From the NCBI GenBank assembly GCA_040954595.2, contig JBECUI020000024.1:558001-622000 (forward strand): a stretch of DNA of 64,000 nucleotides, written 5' to 3'. Positions 11,101 through 21,779 of this stretch are shown piece by piece. The notes under the pieces are model-generated. The model was given only the letters and a program-made list of their open reading frames with translations. It was not told where the DNA came from and ran no database searches. The translations under genes were made by a program, and so were the position numbers. The stretch's first letter is position 1. Each line of letters starts with the position of its first letter. This DNA is from Balanoglossus misakiensis (taxonomy: Eukaryota; Animalia; Hemichordata).

Positions 11101-14100
11101 CCTACCGTTATTTAACATCTTTACAGTTATCCTCATATTTTTATATCACCGCTACGCTACACTTAAAAATGGCGCGTCATGTCAACATGAATGAAGCCGA
11201 TTTACAATGTTAATAAAATATCAATGCGCTAAGCGGAATAAAATAATTCATTAAAATTAAAGTGTTCTCGCTTTATTTTTTCATTTTTCTTGTAAATTCC
11301 GAAGTTTGAGCATATGATAAATCGGTTATCGCCCCATATCACCTCTTGTTGGGTCATATTTGCCGCTCGTGTGGGTTGTGAGCTGCATCACACTCGTCTT
11401 CGACTCGTGTGATGCGGCTCACAACCCACACTCGCGGCAAATATGGCCCAACAAGAGGTGATATGGGGCGATAACCTCATATTATTCATTACTATCAAAC
11501 AATTTTATGCATAATCTGACGAGGAGAAATTGGGTCATATTCACAGAGTTGATTAATCCTAAATCCTTACTTTAACACAGCTCTCCTTGTAATGTTGTGT
11601 CTGTCCAGGGAAAACTGTGTGAAATTTTGAGTAGTTTTTCCTGTGTACATTCACCAGCCCCTAGCTGCTGTGTGTTGTACTCCAATCACACAGCCTGCAA
11701 TCTCCCTACTTTAGGAAGTATAGGGAATCATCATCTGCCCATGCCTGTATCGCTCACTCTTTTTGTTTCTACCGTACATGTATTTAACACTGAATGTAAT
11801 GATACTATTCACAACCACCATCACCATCATCATCATCATAATCATCATCACCACCACCACCACCACCATCATCATCATCATCGTCATCATCATCACCATC
11901 ATCATCATCAGTTTCTGCTGTTCCAAGAACTAGGCTTATCATGAGTGTAATTGATCATATCAGTTATTATGCCTATGGATACCATCTCATGACTCCTGTC
12001 CTATCTTGTAGTGTTTCTTGACAGTGATCTAGTCTATTCACATGTATCAGAAAACAAGCACTTAACAATATCTGGATTTCTCATGAATATGTGACAGATA
12101 TTAACATCTAGTAGTGCATTTACCTAAATGTACCAGTGTATGCATAGGGGGTGTGGACCAGTTGTTTAATTTACAAACATTTGTTATTCTTTCATTTTTT
12201 TTTCTTCAGATAAACACGCTCCTGAAGTCATTTACTGTCCCAATACGACCCGTATAATTAGTCCTAATAGCTTGACAACAAGAGTATGGCAGGAGCCTAT
12301 ATTTACAGATGATGTCGCCATTGCCAATGTGACACAAACCTACAAAATGGGTAAGTTTCCTATAAAATATCATTTCTGATTATAGATAATATATAACATT
12401 CACACTAACTAAGTTTTTTTTATCGGGGTGGGGTGGGGAGTTGATCTAAACAGAAACCAACAAGCTGAGACAACTTTCCTAAGATTATGGTCAGTATGAA
12501 GCATACTGGTACAGTTTATTCTTGTGGCCGTTACTCATATATGGCTAGCACATCCTATGTGCGACAGATGATCTTGCTTCCAAGTATTAAAGCCTTAATT
12601 GCTGATACTATTACCATATGTTTATAGGCCCTTTCCTCGATCCCAGGGCAGTACAATGAAGTTAAAACTCGAAAGCATTTGTGTTTGCACGTAATTGTTT
12701 ATTGGAAACAAAAGATTTGACCAACTGTTGAGCAAGGCCTTTAATCAGTAAAGTACTTAATATTCTCCACTACTACTGGGGATACCCATACCACAAATGT
12801 TGTGTTCTCTTACAATGGGCAGTTGAATAAACGTGTGCGGCACCATATCTGTTTAGTATACATATCTTGTTCATGTTTATATGTACAGTCACAATCAGGA
12901 GTTGATAATATGCCTGTGTATACCCACCAGATAGCTCACTTAAATGGACCATTCTAAGTTTGAAAAGAAAATCATGAAAAACATTCAAGAAACGGAAGCT
13001 ATTTTGGCTTTAGCACCCATGCCTGTAATGATGTGCATAATTTTGTTCTTACAGGTGACACCTTTTCCTGGGGAACCTACCAGATCAGCTATGTTGCTTC
13101 AGATACAGCTGGCAACAATGCACAGTGCAACTTTTTACTCTATGTACTGCGTGAGTGAATTTTTTTATCATTCATACATAAACTTTAAAAATTAATTAAT
13201 ATCTTGACAAATTGTCATCTCTACCCCTTGTTATGTCTTGTCACATACTGTAAAACGGGACATTTTCGTGACAGAAAATATTTTGCAATATATCAAAAGA
13301 GGCAACTGTGACACGAGAATTAAATTTCCGCATTCTAGTATTTTACTAACTACTCTGTTATCTCTGAAAAACATTTTATGCGACTTTATTTTCTTCTTCT
13401 TTTTTGACGAAGTTTGGGAAAATTTGCCGTTTTACAGTAATATGATTGCATCATTATCACTTTTGTCCCTATGTAACTATCAAAAATTATAACAACATCA
13501 TTCAGAACATACAAGGACACTCAAACCCGTCTAAAACAAACCCTGTCTAATCGGGAAACCTCTCTTCAACCAACAGCTTTTCCTAGTCCCTTTTACATAG
13601 AAACATGTTAATGTGTTGGTGTTCTGTTTAAAAGATTTGACTGTGTAATAAATATGGGTGTCACACATACACCATTAAGACAGTTCTGAAGCATCTCAGA
13701 ATTGATACTGTCTTAAAAAAACATGTGTGGACGGTGTAAGTGGTCCTGAAACGTCTCAGATTTTAGACGGCTCTGCCAGCCAGACCTGAGCCGGTGTAAG
13801 GATTAACACCTCTCCGCAACCCATTGTCTATGGGGCCGAGCCTCAGCGCCCATACATAAACTTTGTGTGTGTGGACACAACATGACTCAAAGGATTAATG
13901 CTCTGTGGTTAGCACTGGCAAATAGTGTCTCAAATTTTACCCTGTGTGAACCTGGTAAAAGAGGCATTGTGCCCTAGTTGCTAGGGTTGTGGGTTCGTTA
14001 CCTAGACCTGGACATTTGGGTAGTATTTGCCTGTTGGATGATATATGAGACACAGACATTTGGGTAGTATTTGCCTGTTGGATGATAGATGAAATAAAAT

Positions 14101-17100
14101 TAAAAAAATATATATAGACAAATAAACTGTGTTCTCCTTTCTTTTACATCATTTGATTGTGAAAAGCCAGCACCACCAGTTAAAGGTATTTCCATCTGTA
14201 ATGAGTTTGAGTCGGGTGTGTTCTGTCAGGTGGATTGTTTACCAGGATACAAGTTTGCAAGCACCTTACTATCTCTGCCATAGTGAAGGATCTTTTAATC
14301 CTGAGAATCCAGACGAGGAATTCACCTTCCCTGGATGTTCAGGTGAGAAAAAAATGATTTGGTATCAGTAAAGAAATATAATCAGGTTGCACATGCACAT
14401 TCAGAAAATTCTCCAAAGAGAGAGAGTTGTGAGAGGGGGTATTCCAGCATTGAGACAATTTTCTTTTAGTTATAAATGAAAACAGAAATATGAGTAATGC
14501 AAATTCTTGCTTTACAGTATGTCAAGGTTGTGATTACAGGTAGATAATTTGTTAACATCATATCTGCTTACCCCAATATAAAGCTCCAGTACATTTGAGC
14601 TATTTTCTTAATATTTTGTTCTGGGTAAGCAGCTGTAACTTTCCTGATTGGCTAAGCGGTTTCGCAGTCTAAGTCAATACATCGTTCGCTAGATTGAAAA
14701 TTGCATCTTTAACAAAATTTGTTTGTTTGTATTGTTCTACTGCAGCTCCTGGGAAGACTCAACGTGGAGTGAATTGTGGCGTGTCATACAATTCACAGGC
14801 TGGTACATGTAACAATGGTGTCATCCAGCAATTGAGGATCAGTTTTATGAACACTATCAACTATCTGAATGATTTGTTTGGTATTTGTGGCGGTGAATGC
14901 AACTTTGATGACCTTGAAATAACCTGCGGCGCCTCAAACCGAAGAAAGAGACAGGCTGATACTCAGCTTGTGGTTCAGTTCAGTTTCACAACCAATGCGT
15001 GAGTAGTAATTGTTATTTTTCGAGTATTTCATTCCCCTTCTGTTCTATTGAAATGACTTTGGTGACATGTCTAGGGTACTGATCCCAGGCTGTGTGAGGA
15101 CCAGCTCTGTATTCCCTATACAGCTGGTGTTTGCATTATTGCAAAATATTCCATTCATGCAAGTGAAAACAAATTATTTTGTGTCTTAACACTCAAACAT
15201 TTTCAGTTTTTGGCAACCCCATCATTTCTGCCCACCTTCCTTCATGTTGCGGCATCCTGTATTCTAAAGATTCATGCATTCGAAATATACTGCAAAACGT
15301 GTTATTTTCGCGAGCAGTAAATTTCTGCAAAACATGTGCTGGTCAAAAAAACGTTAAAATAAAAAGTTGTGTAAAATGTTTTTGGAGATAATGATGCAGT
15401 TAGTGAAATACGAGAACTCGAAAATTCGTCCTCACGTAACAGTCGCCTCTTTTAATATCGCGAAAATTTCCTGTCGTGAAAACAACTCAGTTTACAGTAC
15501 ACACTTCTGGTTGGTATTGTAATGTGGCATATGTAAGAATTTTTTGCCTGTTGTTTTATCCATTAGCTCTGCTGATGCTGCAGCTGTAGTTATTGAAGAT
15601 GCAGTCAAGAATGGTCCTTTTGATACAGCTGAATATTCGGTCGACGCTGAGACATTACAAGTTGAAAGTACAATATTCTGTTCCAATGGTAGTGTTCTTG
15701 TTGGAGAAGAATGTGGTGAGTGCCTATACTCCTCAGTTGTTATGTACTTTAACCCTTTCACTCCCAGTTTCCTCTATAGAGGTCAAACCTTACAATAGAA
15801 AACAATTGGTTTGGACTGAACCATGGTGGTGAAAGGATTAAAACTGTGTCCAAAATTAATATTATAAAAAGGTGTAGATGTTAATATGTTTATATCGCCT
15901 GATATGACCTGTTAGGTGGGGCGTATTGCTGCGAGTGTGGTTGTGAGTCGCAGTGTACAAATTAAAGACAAGTGTGAGGGTAAATACAACCCAACCAAGA
16001 GGTGATATAAGGAAATAATTGATTTGATATGCTCATACCAAGGACGGACAAAGTCTCTTTCTCGCTGCCCTTTTTCCATTAATTATGTTTGATAGAAGAC
16101 ACAGTTAATGTTATTCTACATGTGGATATATAGTGAATCAACATTCAACCACACACAACTGCAATCCCACTTGTAGACACAAGAGTGAAAAACTGGCCAA
16201 AATGAATGCTGTGTGTTACAATTGTAGTTGTGTTTTAAACCATTAATGCATAATGATCAGTACATGAACAATGTATACATCTGCCTTCAACATTTTGTAT
16301 TTCCACAGTATTGTGTCCTGAAGGGTCGTACCATGACACTGAGCTGAGTCAGTGCCATCCTTGTGCAATTGGATATTATCAACCCCTTGAAGGACAAACA
16401 GCATGCAATGCCTGTCCAAATAATGGAGTCACCAGGGGAAAGAGATCATTATCCATCTTGCAGTGTTTTGGTATGTATAACAGAAGGCAATATCTCCTTC
16501 TCGTCCACAGCCATAGCCTAGTATCTAGCCGTATTTTGTCCGCTTTGCTTCCAAAACTAGCGTCTAGCCTCACTCATGCCACTGGCCCGATAAAACCCCA
16601 TACCCCTTGCCGGGAATTGTGACGTATATATCAAATTATTGTGGTGTGATCCAATATGGAAAGAATGACAATTGGAATGTTCATCTCTTTGGTTGAAAAA
16701 ATAATTTTTCAACAATGATGTCTATTGCAGAGAGGTGCGATGTTGGTCACTACTTTGACAACGGGACTTCTCAGTGCCAAAGCTGCCCCATTGGATTCTG
16801 GCAATCAGAAGAAGGAAAGTTTGTGTGTAATACTTGCCCAAAGGGAATGCTTACATTAGTTGAAGGAGCTACTGATGAGTCACAATGTCAGGGTAGGTAC
16901 TTGTGTTATTTGCTATTCTTGACTATCAATCACATGATCTGGCCATGTGACGTACCCATGGCGTTATCATTTGTAAGTGACAGGCAAGCAATATTTCGGC
17001 ATCCAGTAAACTTTTTTCCGAGTAGGTTTTTACTTTAGAACCGCCAGATATGTAACATATTCAACAGTTTAACAAATTCACGTGAGTGAAAAGCAGATAA

Positions 17101-19690
17101 TCGTGAATATCAAAAAATTAATCTTCTCAATTACAGAGGTATGTAAATCAGTGGGAGTCCAACTTAGTGTCAATGGGTCTTGTGAGTCGTGTCCCATGGG
17201 AACCTATCAATCAAATGCTGAACTTCAGCCATCTTGTATGCCGTGCCCATTTGGCTTCACCACAAGAACAGTCGGTTCAACCTTAAGTGAAGATTGTAAT
17301 GTTTGTAAGTATTATGTATACAACTTTTCATGTTGTATCTCAACTGTACTGAACTGAAGGTTGTATTATTGTGCCTCAGTTGTTCAGAATAATGATAGTC
17401 CTCCAATTTTATTCTATGCTCTTTTTCCATTCCATCAACAGCTTACTGCAATGTTGGTTGGTACTTGAATCAGGAGTCCTATAGATGTGAGAAATGCCCT
17501 GTTGGAACATATAACTTTGAATTCAACCAGGATGCTTGTCAACCATGCCCAACTGGCTACACTACAGGCAGAGAGGGTGCCCTATATGAAACAGAATGTG
17601 ATGGTAGGAATAAATTTTTCATAATCATAGAACTGATAACATGCATGAAGTGCTTGTGGAGATCAACCTTAACTGTTCAATCTGACACAAACACTTCATT
17701 ATAAGAAATTTTCTTCTTTATTTAGAGTATCATTTGATATGTTGTGTGATCCAATATTTTTATATAATTTAATAATGCTCCTCTTTTAACCCCTTTTCTG
17801 AAAATTTCACGGAAATAACAATATTGTAATACTGTTTTCTCAGAATTCTACATGTTAGGCTATGGAATGTGATAACCATGCACTGCATCTGGGTAGTCAT
17901 CTAACTTAAAGGTATACAGTCACCTCCAATATACAAACGCCCATATATGGCTGAAATGGAGTATATGAGAGTTCTAAAGAACATATGGTGGCGCTCTTTT
18001 TTGCATGTGCCACCCACTGAAAATCTGTGATTGGCTAGATCTCCTTTTGCCATGGTAACTATAGCTAATTTTCCATAGGTGACCGTATACCTTTAACTGG
18101 TGATATGTATGAAGATCCCATAGTTTTATTTGGTGGTCAGTTAAAGACATTGCAAGAATTTTTGTTTTCTAGATGCACATGAATGTCGTCTTGGTCTGGA
18201 TGACTGTCACCCAAATGCCACTTGCAGGAATCTTGTACCAGGATATGAATGCACTTGCAAAACTGGTTTCACTGGTGATGGAATAACTTGTACAGGTATG
18301 TAACTATCTACAACTGAAATGTCAACAGAAATATGTACAGCTAAAACGTAGACACTACTGTTGATTTAGTATCTCTCTTGCTGCCCTTTTTCCATTAATT
18401 ATGTTTGATACAAGACACTGTTTATGTTATTCACCCGGTACATGTGGATATATAGTGAATCAACGTTCGACAGCACACAACTTCCATTCCGTTTGTAAGA
18501 AATGAATCTGCAAGTGGGTTTAGTTCTTGTCTAATACAAATGGTTCGTCAGGTAGAATAATGTGATGTGATTTTATTCTTGTGTCTAGATAAATGTGAAG
18601 GGTTCTGCTCAAACAATGCTGTTTGCATCAAGGACAGTGATGGCAATCCTGTTTGTGAATGTACTGATGAATATCAAGGTGAAACTTGCCGCCAGAGAAT
18701 ACCAATGCAAGTTAAAGGTGTGTATACATTTCTTTGTCTTTTAATAACTCAAGATTGAAAAACAATATTCACTAAAGTTTACACATTTGTTTGATCTACA
18801 TGATTACAGTTTACGTTGTCTTGAAAATATTTGTGAAAATGGTGAAACTGCAACATCTGCAGTATAACTAGATTTTTGGTCAACTAACCATTTTACAATA
18901 GTTAAGCATCATAATGAATGGTTTTCTTGCTTTTATCGTAGCATATCGCCCCCGTGACAAATAGAAATATTTAAACTCTTACAGATTCCTCCAGCTGTCA
19001 TCATTGGTGGTGTTGCGGGAGGTTTAGCGGCTGTGTTAGTGCTTGGTGTAATAATGTTACTCATGTACCAACGGTAAGTTATTTAGTACTACCAGAGTAG
19101 AATCGAGACAGCTGTAGAAATGTTGCCCATCAGAAAACTGGGAATTTACCTGTATCTTTCCATACATGCATGAGGCAACGTGAAAAATAATCTCATCTGT
19201 ATCGTGGAAGCAAATTTATTCAAAGAGTTCATGCATAGACCTATTAGCGTATAGGGTAACTGCAGGGCATCATGGTATAATTTGCGTTCAACATGCATGG
19301 CGGCTAACAAGGCAAAGTCACGCGACCAGACCGCAAAGTGTCCAACAACCACCTGCGTTATTCTACAGTAGTAACAACATCACAACAAATCCCACATTGA
19401 TGATGTTCAACTATTTGACATTCAGGTGTGCTCTTGGAGGAAAGAAACATCCAGGCTGGGAAGAACAAGAGGCAACTATGGATATCCATTGGTTTGATGA
19501 TACAGATGATGTTGATAGCAAGGCAGGGAAAAGTGTGGAAGATGAGGAAGCCTTCAGAGAAATCTATCACTACAATCCCATGTATAGTGGCGACAGTGGT
19601 AGTGCCAGTGGAAGTGAGGAATGGAGACCAAGGCCTCTTAAGAGTAGAAATGAACTATTTCATGAGAGTCACGGAGACAGATACTTCTAA
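7933..19690 (+). CDS. 3' portion of a multi-exon uninflatable/SVEP1-like type-I membrane protein (pentraxin-HYR-[sushi]-4x Cys-rich ephrin-receptor-like-2x EGF-TM-NPxY tail)
   Basis: 14 phase-compatible GT-AG exons plus one damaged exon, listed individually below. Stop TAA at 19688-19690. No start or signal-peptide exon was found in the window. Confidence 0.85.
8537..8820 (+). CDS. Exon: pentraxin/LamG domain, part 2, plus short EGF-like segment
   Basis: caacag|CMVILGQSYD...FHGDVTQMNVYDYVLTPVEIQSLALNC...GNHVMW...CPIGYSGSPC|gtaaat. Confidence 0.9.
8831..11476 (+). mobile_element. Crypton-type tyrosine-recombinase DNA transposon
   Basis: YR ORF. 14-bp inverted repeat ttatcatatgctca (8831-8844) / tgagcatatgataa (11307-11320). 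44-bp perfect palindrome at 8890-8933. 153-bp terminal hairpin at 11324-11476. No TSD seen. Confidence 0.88.
9442..10866 (+). pseudogene. Crypton tyrosine recombinase (DUF3504; KCTD1/ZMYM/QRICH1-related) with one in-frame stop
   Basis: ORFs 9442-10047 and 10048-10866 are in the same frame, split by TAG at 10045-10047 (FNAV*MNNTK, probably TGG->TAG). Catalytic motifs GFRG, ETKT, NHSMRKT, LSGHS and NNY are present, with YEPDTL in the N-terminal domain. Confidence 0.9.
11810..11910. repeat. (CAT/CAC)n trinucleotide microsatellite
   Basis: Visible repeat within an intron; the poly-His ORF is an artefact. Confidence 0.9.
12210..12350 (+). CDS. Exon: HYR domain, N-terminal half
   Basis: tttcttcag|DKHAPEVIYCPNTT...VWQEPIFTDDVAIANVTQTYKM g|gtaagt. 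Confidence 0.9.
13055..13150 (+). CDS. Exon: HYR domain, C-terminal half
   Basis: ttacag|GDTFSWGTYQISYVASDTAGNNAQCNFLLYVL c|gtgagt. Confidence 0.9.
13248..13437. mobile_element. MITE with TA target duplication (Tc1/mariner-type)
   Basis: ta|ctgtaaaacgg ... ccgttttacag|ta. A related degenerate copy lies near 15290-15499. Confidence 0.7.
14150..14342 (+). pseudogene. Damaged sushi/CCP-domain exon
   Basis: PFDCEKPAPPVKGISIC...CQVDCLPGYKF / frameshift / APYYLCHSEG...FPGCS g|gtgaga. Acceptor reads ttacAT instead of AG. Length 193 (not 3n). Confidence 0.75.
14746..14998 (+). CDS. Exon: Cys-containing linker with RRKR furin site
   Basis: ctgcag|PGKTQRGVNC...CGASNRRKRQADTQLVVQFSFTTN gc|gtgagt. Confidence 0.85.
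15567..15715 (+). CDS. Exon: linker leading into the Cys-rich repeats
   Basis: cattag|SADAAAVVIEDAV...IFCSNGSVLVGEEC g|gtgagt; phase matches the previous exon. Confidence 0.85.
15885..16037 (-). mobile_element. Degenerate Crypton terminal-hairpin fragment
   Basis: Reverse complement tatgagcatatcaaatc...ttatatcacctcttggttgggttgtattt matches 11307-11360. Confidence 0.6.
16309..16470 (+). CDS. Exon: Cys-rich ephrin-receptor-like (GCC2/GCC3) repeat 1
   Basis: ccacag|LCPEGSYHD...CHPCAIGYYQPLEGQTACNACP...QCF g|gtatgt. Confidence 0.92.
16731..16892 (+). CDS. Exon: Cys-rich repeat 2
   Basis: ttgcag|RCDVGHYFD...CQSCPIGFWQSEEGKFVCNTCP...GATDESQCQ g|gtaggt. Confidence 0.92.
17137..17304 (+). CDS. Exon: Cys-rich repeat 3
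   Basis: ttacag|VCKS...CESCPMGTYQ...CMPCPFGFTT...DCNV t|gtaagt. Confidence 0.92.
17442..17603 (+). CDS. Exon: Cys-rich repeat 4
   Basis: caacag|YCNVGWYLN...CEKCPVGTYN...CQPCPTGYTT...ECD g|gtagga. Confidence 0.92.
17910..18092. mobile_element. MITE with TTAA TSD (Kolobok-like termini)
   Basis: ttaa|aggtatacagtcacct ... aggtgaccgtatacct|ttaa. Confidence 0.75.
18173..18295 (+). CDS. Exon: calcium-binding EGF domain
   Basis: ttctag|DAHECRLGLDDCHPNATCRNLVPGYECTCKTGFTGDGITCT g|gtatgt. Confidence 0.93.
18589..18717 (+). CDS. Exon: EGF domain
   Basis: gtctag|DKCEGFCSNNAVCIKDSDGNPVCECTDEYQGETC. Donor after 18717 (alternative after 18710). Confidence 0.88.
18995..19073 (+). CDS. Exon: transmembrane helix
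   Basis: AVIIGGVAGGLAAVLVLGVIMLLMYQ cg|gtaagt. Acceptor at 18995 fits donor 18717; acceptor at 18985 fits donor 18710. Confidence 0.85.
19426..19690 (+). CDS. Last coding exon: acidic cytoplasmic tail with NPxY motif
   Basis: ttcag|RCALGGKK...EIYHYNPMYSGD...GDRYF*. Confidence 0.85.
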
Positions 19691-21329
19691 TGTGCCATCT
19701 CTGTGTGTACATGTATGGTATAATTCAAATGATAACTAGAATGGTTTTCATTTTGTGAGTTGACACAGTACTGTGATAAGCTTGGTATAATCCCATAAAT
19801 GATAACAATAATAGTTATGCTTTGTCAGACGACAGTACTGCGATAAGCGCACATTAAATTGGTTGGAGTGAAACAGATCTTTATTATTACACTCTTAGCA
19901 ACATCTGAATGAAATGATCATAAATAATCATCTTTAAAGTATGTTGGTTATAAGGCTATATATTTTACATATTTTAAAGAATTTTCCTTAAAAATTTGTT
20001 ATGACTTATTATAAGGTATTGTGTAATGAAAAAGATATGATAATACGAGAATTCCTAAACAACAACATATTTTTGTTGAATTTGGAGGACAAATTTAACA
20101 GTGTACCAATTCAGCTCTCCCTTTGCATGCTGACTTGCTTCTGTATTCATACAAGGCAGCATTTATCCTTAACTTGATCAGGTAGAAGGTCTTTTCATCC
20201 AAATGCATAGATTATGAATTATTTCTCTCAATATATTCAGTGACTACCTCCCGATGATATATATCCTCCTGAATTAGTGCTTCAAATTTTGATATTTTTC
20301 TTGATATTTTTCTTTAATTTGACTTCAACCGTCACCATTCTCCAAGACTGTAAAAGAAGGGAGATGATGATTAACTATTATCAATTTTTTTGCCCCTTGT
20401 ACTGTCTTTACAACTGGCCGTATAAATCTGATATTTGTTTGGCATGCGAATTTTGGAATATGGATGTGTATGATCACAATTATAAGATCCTCAAAATAAA
20501 AGATCCTATCATTTCATTTGGTTAATAACCAGTTCATAGGTGAATGGAAATATAGTTACTCACTTTGAGACCTGACATGTATATATAATAATTCAAAGTA
20601 TTTATTCGCATATTTTTATATTATTCATGGTGTTATAGATCAATGGAAATTTTTCAAATTAAATTCATGTATATAAAATGTAGCAATGTAATGTCATATG
20701 TGAAACCCTTAATCTTGATATTGTAATTCATTGTAGAATATGATTATATTGTGTTATTCACTCAACTTGTGCATGTATGTTTAAGATTCATGCAAAATTA
20801 CTTTTTTATACAAACTGTTCCTTTTTGTGTTGTTCGGAGGTGACAACTCATCAACAATGAAATAAGTTTGGGAAATTTTTGAACAAAGTCATGAAGTGGA
20901 AGTACTATAAATAAGTTTAATATCTGTTTGAGTTGTCCTGCCAGAAGTCAACATTTTTAGCTTATACAAATACTGGTGCAACTACAGAACAGTTGAAGAA
21001 TTTCATCATGATATTTATGTTTTAATTACAAGTATATCAATTGTACCTTTTCCTTATATTAAAAGCATATTTTTATTATAATATTTAACTGAGTTCTTTG
21101 TCTACTTTTTTAAACTGACAATTTGTCAGTCATTACCATAACCCTGGGTTGTATTTCACTGTGTCCAGAGATTCTTCTGTAGTTGTTATAATAAGACATC
21201 AAACCAGGTCCAATAATCAATATTACTCAGGCTAAGCTAATTACCAGGTCCAGGTTCAAAAAAGAAATAAGAGAAAAACTTACAATTTCAACAGGATCAT
21301 CTTGAACCACTGCTAAGTGGTAGTACTCG

Positions 21330-21779
21330 CACAGGGGGGCTGCAAACATGAAAGTTATAAATGGCGGAGTTCCTGCATTTTCCCCCAATAAACATTAATT
21401 GATGAACAGTCTTTGTGCTTGTTTATTTTTCTGTGTTACCTCCACCTGTCTTAGCAGTTGCTAATCCAGAATACAAACTATTGCATTTCCCATTAAGCAC
21501 CTGCTAACGACTTAATCTGTGTGCCCCATCCACGGATTTAGTGGATTAAGTAAACATCGGTCAGTTCTCACTTGGTAAGAGAATACCCAGTACTCGCTGA
21601 CCGATGTTTACTTTATTAACTTAATCCGTGGATGGGGCTCACAGATTAAGTCGTTAGCAGGTGATTAATGGGAAATGGATAGCTTTTATTCTGGATTAGC
21701 AAATGATAAGACAGGTTGGGAAAACGCAGAATGGAACGTACTTCGCCATTTATAACTTTCATGTTTGCAGCCCCCTGTG
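21330..21779. mobile_element. Fold-back MITE, P-element-like (CA..TG ends, 7-bp TSD)
   Basis: TIRs cacaggggggctgcaaacatgaaagttataaatggcg / cgccatttataactttcatgtttgcagccccctgtg. Inner ~140-bp arms are also inverted. Flanks gtactcg / gtactag. Confidence 0.8.

Noticed and set aside
11597-11944. Poly-histidine protein
   Set aside because: Intronic (CAT)n microsatellite with no splice or domain support.
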